A stretch of 59,333 bases of DNA, the filler included, from Porpidia crustulata (Eukaryota), in NCBI GenBank assembly GCA_964255105.1. It is 9 parts of 9 records of this genome, joined end to end, with 100 filler letters (N's around TTAATTAATTAA, not from the genome) between each part and the next. Parts side by side here need not be neighbours in the genome. Positions count along the whole stretch, not along the records: positions 6,611 to 13,119 come from CAXUWE010001519.1; positions 13,220 to 19,726 come from CAXUWE010001520.1; positions 19,827 to 26,331 come from CAXUWE010001521.1; 6 more parts are not named here. One strand, 5' to 3'. The notes beneath the pieces are model-generated. The model searched no databases and was not told the DNA's origin. It worked only from the letters and a program-made list of their open reading frames with translations. The translations under genes and the position numbers were made by a program. Positions within the stretch are counted from its first letter, which is position 1. Each line of letters begins with the position of its first letter. Below, one piece after another: positions 10,467 through 22,889 of this stretch.

Positions 10467-13119
10467 ATGTTTCTTTCGGCGCAGCCCTCCCAGTTGTCTT
10501 TTCTGCAACTGGCTTGTTTACTTCTTACTGTCACTAAGTTATGCGCTGCAGCAACTTTCGATGCTCGGAAACAATTCGCCTGGGTTGACTCATCTTGCGA
10601 TGCGGTTATTGACAAGGTCAACGTTGCTGGCGACGATTACAATGGCCTAGTCAATGCTGCCGTCGCCTCGTTTGGAGATGGAAGTCCTACGACTGATCTT
10701 GGCAAAATGACCCTCAAGTCTTACTTTGGAACCGACGTTGGTGATTTGATCAAACTCAAGTATGGAAAGCTACAAACGGCCTTTACCTCAAGCCCAATCC
10801 CACTCAGCCTTTACTGCGACGGTTCGGCGTTCGAATGGGTCACTGCCTATTCCGAGGGTGACAAAGCGGGTCAAACTCTTCCAGCAGCTCAATTTCCTAA
10901 TAATGGTACTCTATCCCGTTATCTGCCTATATTTTGACGCCGTGCTAATGCAATATTCCTACATAGGAGCGTGGCACAGTAAGGCTGATAGGTGGAATCC
11001 GAGCGAAGGTCCGCTATACCTTAGCGGAGTGAAGACCGATGCGCGGACAAATTACTGCATGACACCAGAAGGTACCCACGCAGAAGGAGTATCTTCTATA
11101 GGTGGCAAGCACGTCGTGCTATGTCCAGATGCTTTCAATGCCCCAGTTTTGGGAGTCCTGCCTACAGCAAAGCAGAGTTGGGGCACCAACATTGATGATG
11201 TTACATCAACCGGCTCGGTTTTGTTGCATGAAGTGTCTCATTGCATAATGAAGAGTGAGTCCTGTCCATATATCCCACCACGACAATCGATGACATCAAT
11301 GTGCAGCTGGGGACGAAAAATACAAGGCCACCCCAAGTATCTTCTTAGCACAACTTGGGGCCTCAAGGGCTCAAAAGAATGCTGATAATTGGATGTACTA
11401 CGCCATGGCTGTCTATTTGAATCAAAACGCTTGGGTTACTGGAAAAGCTCAAGAGACAAATAATTTCGGGCCAAAAGTGAAGACGGGTCCTGCAGCAAGA
11501 CGAGCTTTGAGCCCGTTTGGGCAATTGGTAAACCCCAGAGAAGTCAAGCCTACGGTTGCGCCTTATCCGTATGTCGATAGCGATTCCCAATACCTTCGAC
11601 GTAGACAAGGAACTGGAACACCATCAGGATCATTTCAGAGTGGTACCATGCCAAGTGGTGGTTTAGGACTTCTTCCATCTTCGACGGGGAGTTTGAATCT
11701 AAGTACCAGCTCAACCTTGGTGAGCAATACAGCCTCTACTAAAAATACGGCTTCAACTAGCAAGACCGCCTCAACCAGCCGTACAGCTTCATCGGCTGCC
11801 TCCCCTTTGTCCAATAACTCGACTACGAATCCAGCTTTGGGTAGTGGCTCTACTTTACCAACAGGCTCAGGCTTACCTAGCAAGCCAACTTCGTCCGGAA
11901 TCCTATCTTCATCCAGCGATTCGACCATCATCCCAGCTCCTGGCAGTGGTTCAAGTACCAGTAGTGGTCCGAGTTCTACCAGTAACACAGGCTCAAGTTC
12001 GAATTCAGGCTCGAGCACCGATTCAGGATCCTTAGACACTCCCACTTCCACGCCCACAGCTAGTCCTACGGTAGTAATTGAGACGAGTGGAAGTTCCACA
12101 CTCTCCGAAACTTTCCAGCCCACGCAATATACCCAGTACGCATCACTTTCATCAACAATAACGTCAAATGTCGTCGCACCTGACAGCAGCACCGTGGCTG
12201 TGGTCATCGGTCCAGGAGGGTGGGGATGGAGCTTTCCCAAAGTAGGCGGCGGACTTCCTGAGCCTAAGCTGCCGTCATTTCCCCCTCTACCGCCAGTCCC
12301 ACCAGGTCCCGGCCCAGGTCCAGGTCCAGGTCCAGGTCCAGGTCCAGGTCCGTCTCCAGGTCCAAGTCCTACAAAACCAGGCCCCAGCCAGAGCGGACCT
12401 TCGAGTACAGGATCTTCAGACTCAACAACCTCGACATCGTCTTGTTCGAGCACCATGACGGCTAGTGATTGTAATGCCCAATGCACACGAACCGCTTCGT
12501 CTCAATCATGTAGCACGACTTGTTTTTCGACAACCACAGGCTGCAGCGCTCAAGGCACAACCATGACGACTTCCGACAACACCACATCGACGAGCACTGG
12601 AACAGGCAACTACGTCGTGGAGACTGGTGAAATCTACAGCAAAGTATCTGCCTCAGTTGATCAGTCATCTCTTTCGTTGCTATTGGAGGTGGCCTTGTCG
12701 TCCCTGTCAATTACCGAGAATGTAACGGACAGCGCTTCGTCTCCGTCTCTGTCCGGCACCGCACCAACGACCCTAAAGACCCATACAAGCCCCAACTCCA
12801 TGTCTGCTTCTACCACCTCTAACAGTAATACGACCCCTAGCAGCAGCAGTAAAACACTCTCCACCAGCAGCGCCTCCACAAGCAGCGCCCCCACAAGCAT
12901 CCCCGCCAGCACCACCTCAGTACCATCACCCACCTCAACCGGTTCCGCCCCACCACCCCCCCCTTACGCAACCGGCACCTGCCACATCCACCTCCAAGAA
13001 TGGCGCCCTGACAACATCCAATTCAACATCCAACACGTCAACTACGCCATCGCCGCCAACCTCACCGACAACAATCACACCCCCATCGGCCACCAGGACA
13101 AAATCGACAGCCGGTCGCC
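10467..13119 (+). CDS. Secreted mosaic protein: M35/deuterolysin-like HEXXH+D metallopeptidase domain, Ser/Thr mucin-like stalk, (GP)n tract, Cys-rich module; truncated by contig end. Introns 10906-10966 and 11255-11306
   Basis: Signal peptide (LACLLLTVTKLCAA); spliced sequence HVVLCPDAF...GSVLLHEVSHCIMKTGDEKY...AQKNADNWMYYA; continues into the long S/T-rich ORF from 11393. Confidence 0.85.
12293..12370 (+). repeat. Coding (CCAGGT)n hexamer repeat encoding PGPGPGPG...
   Basis: Tandem ccaggt units inside the metalloprotease-mucin ORF. Confidence 0.9.
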
Positions 13120-13219
13120 NNNNNNNNNNNNNNNNNNNNNNNNNNNNNNNNNNNNNNNNNNNNTTAATTAATTAANNNNNNNNNNNNNNNNNNNNNNNNN
13201 NNNNNNNNNNNNNNNNNNN
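13120..13219. other. Artificial contig spacer
   Basis: 44 N + TTAATTAATTAA + 44 N. Confidence 0.99.
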
Positions 13220-13584
13220 GAATTAGAGAGGTAAGGGGGGGAGGTGGACAACTTGCTGTGCAGGATTTGCCTGGTTGGGGTCATAGGGTTTGCATTGCTG
13301 AAAGGGGAAGACGGCGGAGATGAGGAAGAGCTGAGATGCGTAGCTGGAGATTTTGAATCGTGGGGGATGAAGAGATGCAACAGGATATAATGAGATGTGA
13401 AAAAATGGTACTTTCATATTTACTAGCTTATCTATATATACACATGAAGCAGCAGTTGGGTCTTTTTCAAGAACTATCCAGGAAAGCGGTGGGCAAGGAC
13501 AAAACCCCGCCCAGAACCCACATTACCTTTACGCGAGACCCTGGTACTCATAGCAATCCCTTGAGCTATCCAGAGCACTATTTA

Positions 13585-14359
13585 CTACGAGCAATTGCCC
13601 CATTTCGGCTGGCACCAATTCGCCGTTCCGCAGAAATCCGCTCCTGTGCCGCAAAAATTGCTTCCGCTACAGCACAACCCACTCGCGCATTTCGCGTTCA
13701 CGATCGGTCCGCACGTATCGCCCATGTTCGCCGTTTTGGCGGGAGTTGAAGGTAGAGGCGGTGGCGAGCGGTTGGTGGCGCAGTCGCCAAAGCCGGATTG
13801 GCAGCCGGCGGAGGCGCCGCAGTACAAGGATTGGTCTTGGATCTGTTGGGGTGGTGTTAGCAGGCGTTGAGGCTGAGGGGAAAGGTTTAAGGTCTTAAAT
13901 CTTGGGGGAGATGGCTTAGACGAACGTTATTCTTTGGTCCACAGTGCCCGTGACCGGAACAGCAACGGTAGAAGTATCCGTTGGTGCCGGCGCCGGGGCA
14001 GCTGACGCCTCCTTGGGCACTACCGCAGACGTCGATGTTGGGGATGGAAGAGACGTAGGTGGAGGTCGAGGAAGGCTTGGTGGAGGAGGAAGACTTGGTG
14101 CCTGACGCACAGCTAGAGCCAGGGCCAGAAAAGGCTTTCAGGCAGTTTGCGGGGTCGCAGTGGGCGAAGTCGGTATCACACCAGCCGTATTGGGAACCTT
14201 GTGGGAGGGAGGAATATCAGTGAAGTCCTGGAAATGTAGAGATAGAGTCATCCGCGTACAGCAATTTCCTGCAGCACATATGGTGTTGCCATACTGTGGT
14301 CCACAATTTTGAGCGACCGCTGCAGCGATGAAGCCGAGGGTAAGGATGGATACACGCAT
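13585..14359 (-). CDS. Secreted chitin-binding protein with three hevein-type (CBM18) domains and no catalytic domain; introns 14198-14259 and 13843-13925
   Basis: Signal peptide MRVSILTLGFIAAAVAQ; domains NCGPQYGNTICAAGNCCSQYGWCDT, VCGSAQGGVSCPG...RCCSGHGHCG...YCGASAGCQSGFGDC and TCGPIVNAKCASGLCCSGSNFCGTGADFCGTANWCQPKWGNC. Confidence 0.93.
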
Positions 14360-15251
14360 TTTGAGAAGTAATTGATACGATAAGACGAATCTGTCAGTAG
14401 TAATTGGAATGCAGGACGAGAGAAAAGAGTGAACGCGTCAGAAAGAACGAATTTGAGGAGAACGAAGAGATGGAGTAGAGCTAAGAGAAGCGGCGGCACC
14501 AAGGAAATGGCTCGCGGAGAGTTTCATAGCTCCTCTTTCCATCTCGTATCTGGAGATGATGTTCCAATCTTGCGGGTTAGACTTGCGTGACTAAGGGGAC
14601 TAGCCAAGGCTCGAATGCCTTCCCGAAGTCGCCTCTAACAGGGTAGGGAGTAAGGGGCATCTAAGGCCCATATGGCTCGACGTCTTCTCCGACCGTTCAT
14701 TGGGTCAAGAAGAAGGAAATGATGATGGCAGCCGGCTCGATGTAAGCTGAGAGTCGAGTTTGGGTCGCTTATATTATCGAAACAAGCGGGTCATGTTGTG
14801 ATGCAAGGCGGCGTAGGATAGAGAGACGAAAGAGCGGATAAACGAAAAGATGATGATTAAGGAGCGATTGCTGCCGGTTACCAATGTTGCCAGGGGCAAA
14901 ATATTCTAGACCGGGGTAGCTGATCGATCTTGCAGGGCTTGGCGAGCCCTGCAGATGATGACTATAAGCTGACTCATCCTATTTCGGAGTCTCGATGTTC
15001 AATTTTCCGATATACGGTAAGTTCCGCGTCCGCTGAGAAACAAATAAAGTCATGACTGTTCAGACCTCTGCATGAGTCTTGGAGTGGACCACCTGTATGT
15101 ATGTGCACAAGGCGTGATACCGATCCTCCGCTTTTCATTCGGCTATACTTCTTCACCATTCACAGATTACCGTTGAGACTATCGTGGGCGATTGGCCAAA
15201 CAAGCTTGCCTGCATGGCTTCTTGTCCTGAACAGCTTTCTCTAGGTGTCTG

Positions 15252-18200
15252 ATGCGCTACAAACAAGGTCGTAGCTTTCTCAAGAGCTTCGGAGAGATTC
15301 GTCCCTTTTTTAATAAGAGCGCTGTCATCAACACGAAAGACCACGCTCAATTGCCTCGCAGAATTGAAACCGCTCCATTGGGCCCTGCAAGTACAGAGTT
15401 GGTTGGAAAAGAGAAGAAGCCTGAGACAAAGGTCGAGCCATTGCAGTTTACAATAATTAGTAGATCACTCGATCGATGGCGCAGATCATCTACGAGCAAA
15501 GAGGCGTTACTGATAGGACAACGAAGTTGTCAAAAGGACGCAACGAAATTGAGAGGGAGCTCATCTGCCGCTCCGATTCCTCTGGCGCTTCATAGTCACA
15601 GTGCTACAGCAAGTCAAGAAGAGGTGTCTGACCAAGTCTCTGCAAAATTCTTCGGAGTGTCGTGTGCCTTTCAATCTGGCAAAGCAATTCTCAAATATTG
15701 TACTCCAGACCAAAGGGAAGCTATTAAAAGACACGAATCAACCAATAGTACACCAACACCGGAAGAGGCTTTACTCAAACCTCGACATAATAGAGTATCG
15801 GGACTCAGCCCTGCTGTTCGTGCTTACAAGATGCATTCTCATATTAGTTTTCTTACGACCCCTACTGCCGACACCCCGGGTACAGCGTTGATGCTCCACT
15901 TCGATGATAAACGCTATCTCATCGGTAATATGCACGAAGGACTACAGCGAGCTTGCATTCAAAGGGGACAGAAGTTGATGAAAATTTCGGATATCTTTTT
16001 GACTGGCAAGACTGAATGGAAGACTACTGGTGGCTTGATTGGCATGGTATTGACTCTTGCTGACGCTTCGACACAGTCAGTTCTGTCGGCGAAGGAGAAG
16101 CTGAATGCGAAGATGAATAGGAGGGCTGGTTCACAAATCCAGGCTGGAAACAACGACACTCAGTCTCAAACCAACGCAAACTTGAAGAAAGCACTTTGTT
16201 TGGAGCAACAACAACCGACTTTGACGATTCATGGAGGACCAAATATCACGCACACCCTTGCTATAGCGAGGCGTTTTGTCTTCAGGAAAGGAATGCCTGT
16301 TGAGGTCAACGAGTATACGGAAGACCTTGATAATAAATCCTCAGACCATGATTGGAAACCAACTTGGGTTGATCCGAGAATTCAAGTCTGGGCCATGGCA
16401 GTCTCGCCGTCGGTCGCTCACAATACCTCCCCATCACCTAATTCAAAATCTCCCATGAAGCGAGACTATGATGAATTTAGCAAGGACGGAGTTCAAGAAG
16501 CTTGTCATGATTTGATGACATCCTCAGATGACCCGACAAATCAGGAGATTCGCAAGTCCATAGTCACTGAAATGTTTGCCTCGGCCTGGCGAGCTGGCAA
16601 TTTGGAGGAAATTCCAATTGAGGATGTAAAGTTGCCCGCGGCGCTTTTTACGCGTGATGCGGACTCAGGCAATTTGGTACGATATAATGGACCACTCCCA
16701 GGTGGTGAAGAGCCTTTGCCTACTATTAAGGTGTTCGTGCGCAGACCATGGCCTGGAGCACTTATAGATTCTTTGCCCTGCACGAAATCATCTCCCATCT
16801 CAACATCATACATTATCCGAAACCATAAACAGCGTGGGAAATTCCTACCTGCCAAAGCCAAGCAGCTCAAAGTCCAAGAGGGGCCACTATGGAATCGACT
16901 TGCATCTGGCCATAGCGTGGAGTCCATGGACGGCGCCATTATAGAGTCAGAAATGGTTTTAGAGGAAGGCAGTGAGGGTACTGGAGTTGCCGTGGTAGAT
17001 TTGCCTACTACAGAGTATGTCGAGAATTTGGTGAATAGACCAGAATGGAAGATTCCTAGGGTCATGGAGGGCGTCATCGCAATTATATGGATTTTGGGCC
17101 CTGGAGTGGGAGAAAATAAAAGTTTCAGAGAATTTATCCACAAGCACCCTCAATATCAGCACATCGTTTCATCCCAAGATAGTTGTCATAATTACCTTAC
17201 CATGGACTCTTCAGCCAATGCGGCAATTCGTCTCAATCAAGTCGACCCTTTGCATTTTCCAGCTCCCGTCCACCAGAGTACCAATGTATCTCAACCTGAA
17301 CACCCCCCAGTCGACACGGGCCTGCCTCATGGTTGCATCAAGGCTCAAAGAGGTTATAAAGTCCATATTGGGCCACGCTTTAGACTCAATAGTGCAGATG
17401 TCGTCCCAGACCTTGATACGGCTGCTGCGCTGCGGAACACCCCTCCTGATGCGCTACAGCTTGCGCAATCCGCCAGAGAAGAAATTGATTCAGGTTCAAT
17501 AGCAAGCGCGGCGGCGGAGGAAAATCTTCCGAGTCAAAATGCAGAGATTATATGTTTGGGTACCGGCTCGGCGTTGCCATCGAAATATCGTAATGTCTCA
17601 GCGACGCTCGTTAGAGTCCCAGGGTACGGATCCTACTTACTCGACTGCGGTGAGAACACGCTTGGACAGCTGAAGCGTGTGTTCACACCACCGGAGCTAG
17701 CAGAAGTATTTCGCGACCTTAAGCTTATCTGGATCAGTCATCTCCATGCCGATCATCATCTTGGTACTGTCTCCGTGATCAAAGCTTGGTACGAAGAAGT
17801 GCATGGCAAGCAAGGTAGCGAACAAAGGTATCGTGAACACTCAGGAGCGCAGCAAGGAGGCATGGACACGCTCCAGCGCTTGCGCCAAGGGAACAATCTC
17901 TTCATTGCATGTGATTGGAGCATGATAAAGTTTTTAGAAGAGTACTCTTCTGTTGAGGATTATGGTCATGATCAACTCATAACTCTGGATTGCCATCCAG
18001 ATACTTCTTCCTCATTCTCAAGAATCAATTGGGGTGACCAGGCTGTGGACTTCTTTACTGATCCAGAAATGTAAGTCATATCACTCTTGTTTCTCTTATC
18101 AGCGTTGGTATGGAGAGACTGCTGAGTTGTCTCATAGTACCAAAGCTCTCACCGCTGCGACGGGCCTTTCAAACCTAGTCGCTTGCGCCGTATCCCACTG

Positions 18201-19113
18201 CCTCGGAGCAATGGCCGTAACTTTGACTTTTCCTAACGGATTCAAAGTTTCATATAGTGGCGACTGCCGCCCTTCCCAAAGATTTGCAGAAATTGGCAGG
18301 AATTCTACGGTACTTATACACGAGGCAACGTTTGACGACGAGCTACTGGAAGACGCCAAAGCAAAGAAGCATAGTACGACCAGTGAAGCTATTGGAGTCG
18401 CGGTGGCAATGCGAGCGTCAAGACTGATTTTGACTCATTTCAGTCAGCGGTACCAGAAACTACCGAATATGGAAAGCGTGGTCAATGCAGAGGTTAAATT
18501 TGAAGAGGCAAAAGAATCCCAGGACGTCGTTGACAAAATGGACGAGGTTACGGGGTCCACCGATGCTCTTATTGCCGCCGCGGAGAGAATGGACTCTAAT
18601 GTTGATGTGAATGACAAAGCTAACAATGAGGATTCACGTGATTCTAGTTCTATCATACTGAACACTTCGACAGACCAGCAAGCATTTGGAAATTTAAAGA
18701 TTGGCGTGGCCTTTGACTACATGCGTGTCAAGGTCGGGGAAATTGCCCAGTTGGAGAAATTCAATCCCGCTTTCGCGAAGCTTTTCGAAGATCCTGTGGT
18801 GGAATCCAATGATGGGAATTCGATGATAGAAAGTAAGGAGCCTTCTGAAAGGAATGAAAGCGAGCATGCTCCCTCTTCAGATACAAAAACCTCAGAGAAG
18901 GCGGCAAGGCGCAAGATGAACAAGCAGGCATTCAAGGCATCTCAGAATCAGAGACGACTCTCGTTTAAGAAAGGGAAAGTCCCCGTGGCAGAAGAAGAGA
19001 GTTTTGCGGAGAGCGCACCGTGTAGCCGAAACGCCGAGAGGGCAGAACGCGATAGGGCGGTATTGTCGCAGTTGGGCAGTGAGCAGGCGATTCCGGCGCA
19101 AAGCAGGAAATAA
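15252..19113 (+). CDS. TRZ1: tRNase Z, long form (tRNA 3' endonuclease); intron 18071-18137; conserved region begins at ATG 15831
   Basis: Motifs TPTADTPG, flexible arm RGKF..AKAKQLKVQEGPLW, LGTGSALPSKYRN, LLDCGE, SHLHADHHLG, YSGDCRP, HEATF, HST and LTHFSQRY. Confidence 0.97.
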
Positions 19114-19726
19114 GGGCGTGAATGGGAAACGCAAGGACTGCAGGAATGACAGGCAGAAGTGGCGGCGGACGGAGCCCAACTCGAAGCGTCGATGGCGCAG
19201 CAGAGCCCGAATTGAATCCGAGGGCTGTACTCAATATTACCCTCTGGACTGTACCTGAGTCTGTAGACTGCTCTGCAGCGCAATCCTTCTCCTGAGGCCA
19301 AGCAGCCGAGGATGGGATGGACGAACAAAGATGACCGAGAGAAGCATTCTGCCAAACGTATAGAGAAGACTCGAGGATTCCTGTTGATGGCGCCGTACCG
19401 AGCGCAAAGATATGAACATCTCTATACGCACTCGTCTCGTCCTACACACTCACAACGACATATACAAAGACATGGCTCCCCGTAACCAGCCAACTATTTT
19501 CTTTCCCAGCGCAACAACTCACCAGTCCTTCCGCGATCCCGCAGTTCGTCTTTCCTCCAACGCCACAAAAGCTCCCAGATATCCTACACCGAGACGCTCA
19601 TGAATAGCCCGTTCCCAGCGTCCCAGCAGCATTTGCCGGCTCGTTCTGTCGAGGCTGCGGCTGGGAGATAGGTAAAATGCTAGTAAGTGTTTTGAGTGTG
19701 TGGTAGGCCGGTGGTCTGATTAATAG

Positions 19727-19826
19727 NNNNNNNNNNNNNNNNNNNNNNNNNNNNNNNNNNNNNNNNNNNNTTAATTAATTAANNNNNNNNNNNNNNNNNN
19801 NNNNNNNNNNNNNNNNNNNNNNNNNN
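19727..19826. other. Artificial contig spacer
   Basis: 44 N + TTAATTAATTAA + 44 N. Confidence 0.99.
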
Positions 19827-19881
19827 GGTTTTGTTCGCCGAAACCGACGAGGTTGGTGAGGAAGCGGCTGCCGAAGACCAT
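19827..19881 (-). CDS. Possible 5' fragment of a gene cut by the contig edge (MVFGSRFLTNLVGFGEQN...)
   Basis: ATG at 19881 after a C/A-rich leader; only about 18 codons are visible. Confidence 0.3.
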
Positions 19882-21079
19882 AGTCGTTGAGTGGGTTATT
19901 AGTTTTGTCTTTGGTGGGGTGTCGGCTTGCTTGGTTCATGTATATGATTGCGAGAAATTGGAAAAGTTTGAAGGAGATGGACGGAAGTAGGGGAGTTTAT
20001 AGGTGACTGAAATAGGTGAAGTGTTGGGAAGCAGTCAAGGACGATGTGTATGAAAGGTAGTCAGAAAAATCGACCTTGATCAGGAGATCTCCGGGGATAT
20101 CGATATCACTGTTGTAACACATGCTAACACCGCAACGAGTCACAAATGTCAAACCGGAAGGAGTGCAGTAGAAAGGTCCTAGACGTATGACTAAATCAGA
20201 AATCATCGAAATTGTCATTCCCAAGAATATCACACTCAAAGCACAGCCGTCCGTTTCGAGAAGACGTTCAATAACGATGAAGCTTGCACAAATGACTCCC
20301 GGGCAGGCCCCGGTTGCCGTATCTGTAGACTCAGCAATTACCTTTATCGCTCCAGCTGTGCAGAATAACCTCAACCAAAAGGATTACCATAGATAAACCT
20401 CATCCTGCCGTCAAGTGACAGCGCTTTGGCGCGAAATAAAAATAACCGTTCCTTTCGAGCCGTCAGGTTACGGTCTTGACCTTGTCTAATATTAATTCCA
20501 TGGAGGATGAATTTCCCGCTGCTCTTGTGTCATAAACCGACGTCACCAGAACGACGTGAAGTATTACAATCTTCACATCGACATCTCACACGAGCTTTCC
20601 CGTGAAGGGCGACGTGTACACGGTCTACCAATCTGGCTTTCTTAGATTCAAATCCATGATGTTCACGTCGCTGCGCGCAGGCTGCGTTTGCTGCGGCGAT
20701 GCTGCTAGCAAATATGTGCTTTCTTATTTTTGATTCGTTCTGATACTGTAGATTTGAGAAGACTGGACCTAGTGCTTATCAAAAGGGGATTGATCTTTGC
20801 CTGCAGAGCTAGTCATCAGGTATGTATACAGGACAGTTGGTTCGGAATTTTTTAGACTCCAGAACCTATAGTAAGAAGACCTAACAAGGCACAGGGAAGT
20901 CGTTTGTCTGATTAGTACACCGATTCCACGAATTCGATCTTCTGTTGATGAGGTAGTCAAAGGCCATTGTAGTCTAAGAGATGATGGTAGTAATAAAAAC
21001 TGGGTGCACTGTAATACTCTATATAAGCTCAGTTTCGCAAACTTCGTAAGACATTAGGATCAGGGCTTTGACTCGGTAG

Positions 21080-22389
21080 TCAGCTCGTACCGATCGCGCC
21101 CGCCTCGGTTCCTGGTCTGTTCAGGAGCACTGCAGGCGAATTTGCAATATCAGTCAAATTCGTGCGATTGGTCGAATCCGCAGTACTGCTGGTGTTGGCT
21201 CCAATGCCAACTTTGGGAGGGCCCTTAAGTAGCTCAATGGCTAGTGTACCGGTCTCACCTGCAGGAGATCATCAATACGCAACATTAAAACTCGAGGGTT
21301 GCATTTCGAAAGGACTCACCAAGACCGTAGTGAATGCCTGCAAGTTCATGTTTCACACACATGGTATAGACGGCAGATGCTGCTGCCCACTACGATGGGA
21401 CCAGTGAGTCCTGAGCCTGGCAAAGGGGTAGAAATATGTGTATGACTTACCAGTTCATACCACGTGGCTTTCACCGGGTCGTTGCCGTTCTTGTGGACCA
21501 TCGCAATGCATGTTCCAGTAGCTAAATGGAAAATATCTATCAACCACAACCCCCAACGCATCCGAGACTGGAGTAAAGCAACACTCACGGGAAGTTATAG
21601 TAAACGGTAGTTCAACATCGACACCCGCGGTACCGGTCCATCCAAATGTCAGTGTTTGCTTGGTAGCAACCATCTCTGCTAGGAGCAAAACACACGACAC
21701 CCAGTGTGGCATCAATTTCGGGGCGTCACAACGGACATGTGGCTCGTAAGAGCTTAAGATCACCCCCATCGATTTCTCCTCCCCTTGATATTGTCAGCGA
21801 CAGATCATCAGATATTTATAGCGCGTTGAAGGATGTCGTGCCTACCAATCTCAGCAACGATACCACCCACGGAGGGTTTTTCTATCGCGCACCGGTCGAT
21901 GAGGAACCTTGCTGCTTGATGAATGCTCACCATAGCGAGGTGGGCCTCCTGCTTTTGTTTACTCATTACTGGTTCGATGTAACATTTCCCATCCGCTACT
22001 CTTATCGAATTAGGAAAGCTGGTAGGCGACTGGCTTGTAGAATGTAAAATCCTGTTCTACTCACGGCTGAGAAATCTGTATGGAAGACCAATTCCGAATT
22101 GGCCAATGTGTCGATCACCAAAATATGTCAACTCCCTCTCCAGAGGTACATTGGCCAGCGCGAGCTCGCAGCTCAATATTTCCAAATCGTGGCCGTAGCG
22201 GTCATCACAGCGGGCTTTAGCGGTGGGGCTGAGTAAGTTGGAATCGTTGTTGGGAATTGCGACCCATGTAGAATTCAACAGTGGAGTAGCTGTAGCGCCA
22301 CCGTTGGACGTATCCAGTCGGGGATTGACTGCAACCAAAGAGACAATATCAAAGAGGATGCAAGGCCCAAGTACGAGAACAAAGCGCAT
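21080..22389 (-). CDS. Secreted Cys-rich protein with two tandem homologous domains (paralogue A; 6 exons)
   Basis: Signal peptide MRFVLVLGPCILFDIVSLVA; spliced by hand: ARCDDRYG...SCELAL...FGDR...LPYRFLS|PDGKCYIE...WSIHQAARFLIDRCAIEKPSVGGIVAEIG|...YEPHVRCD...SCVLLL...FG...VELPFTITS|PTGTCIA...ATWYEL|WAAASAVYTMCVKHELAGIHYGLG|ETGTLAIEL...TGA at 21080. Confidence 0.8.
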
Positions 22390-22889
22390 AGTGCAACCGC
22401 CTACGAGGTATGGCGCAGTAATCTGTAGAACGGGGTGATGAGAGAAGGACTAGCAATTAGCAAATTGAACTGTTGTGATAACAGCTGCGGCTTGAGTTTT
22501 GATACTGGACACACGGTCACACCCGACTATGCGACTGAGTCGGATAACCTGAAACGATGATGTCCTTACGGAATCGCCCAGTGCTAGCGGAGGGACTATA
22601 TCTCAATCGCTGATTCAAGGGTCTATGTCCTTCTGCAAGATACTCCTTCGAAAGCCCGAGGCCGATAATCGTACATCGGCTTCCTGTATTTGTAGGATAA
22701 TTTCCACGATCCCGCTAGGCAACCTTGAACAATATACTTTTCTTGGTCTCTCACAATCATCTTGGTATTGATTGACAGGCAACTGTGGTGAGGAGTCTGT
22801 GTCCCATTCCCTTATTCTGTGATTGCAAGAAATCGATGTATACAGAAAAAGCAAATGCACACTTTTCTGCTTCGTTACTCGGTTAGTCC

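Noticed and set aside
10467..14359. Convergent metalloprotease plus chitin-binding gene as an anti-chitinase effector pair
   Set aside because: The genes lie on different contigs joined by the artificial spacer at 13120-13219; their adjacency comes from size sorting.
19530..19881. A small gene spanning the third gap
   Set aside because: The two flanks belong to unrelated contigs; each may be a fragment of a different gene.
19997..20374. Cys-containing ORF as a third tandem paralogue of the secreted family
   Set aside because: Lacks a signal peptide, the family motif and the diagnostic intron positions.
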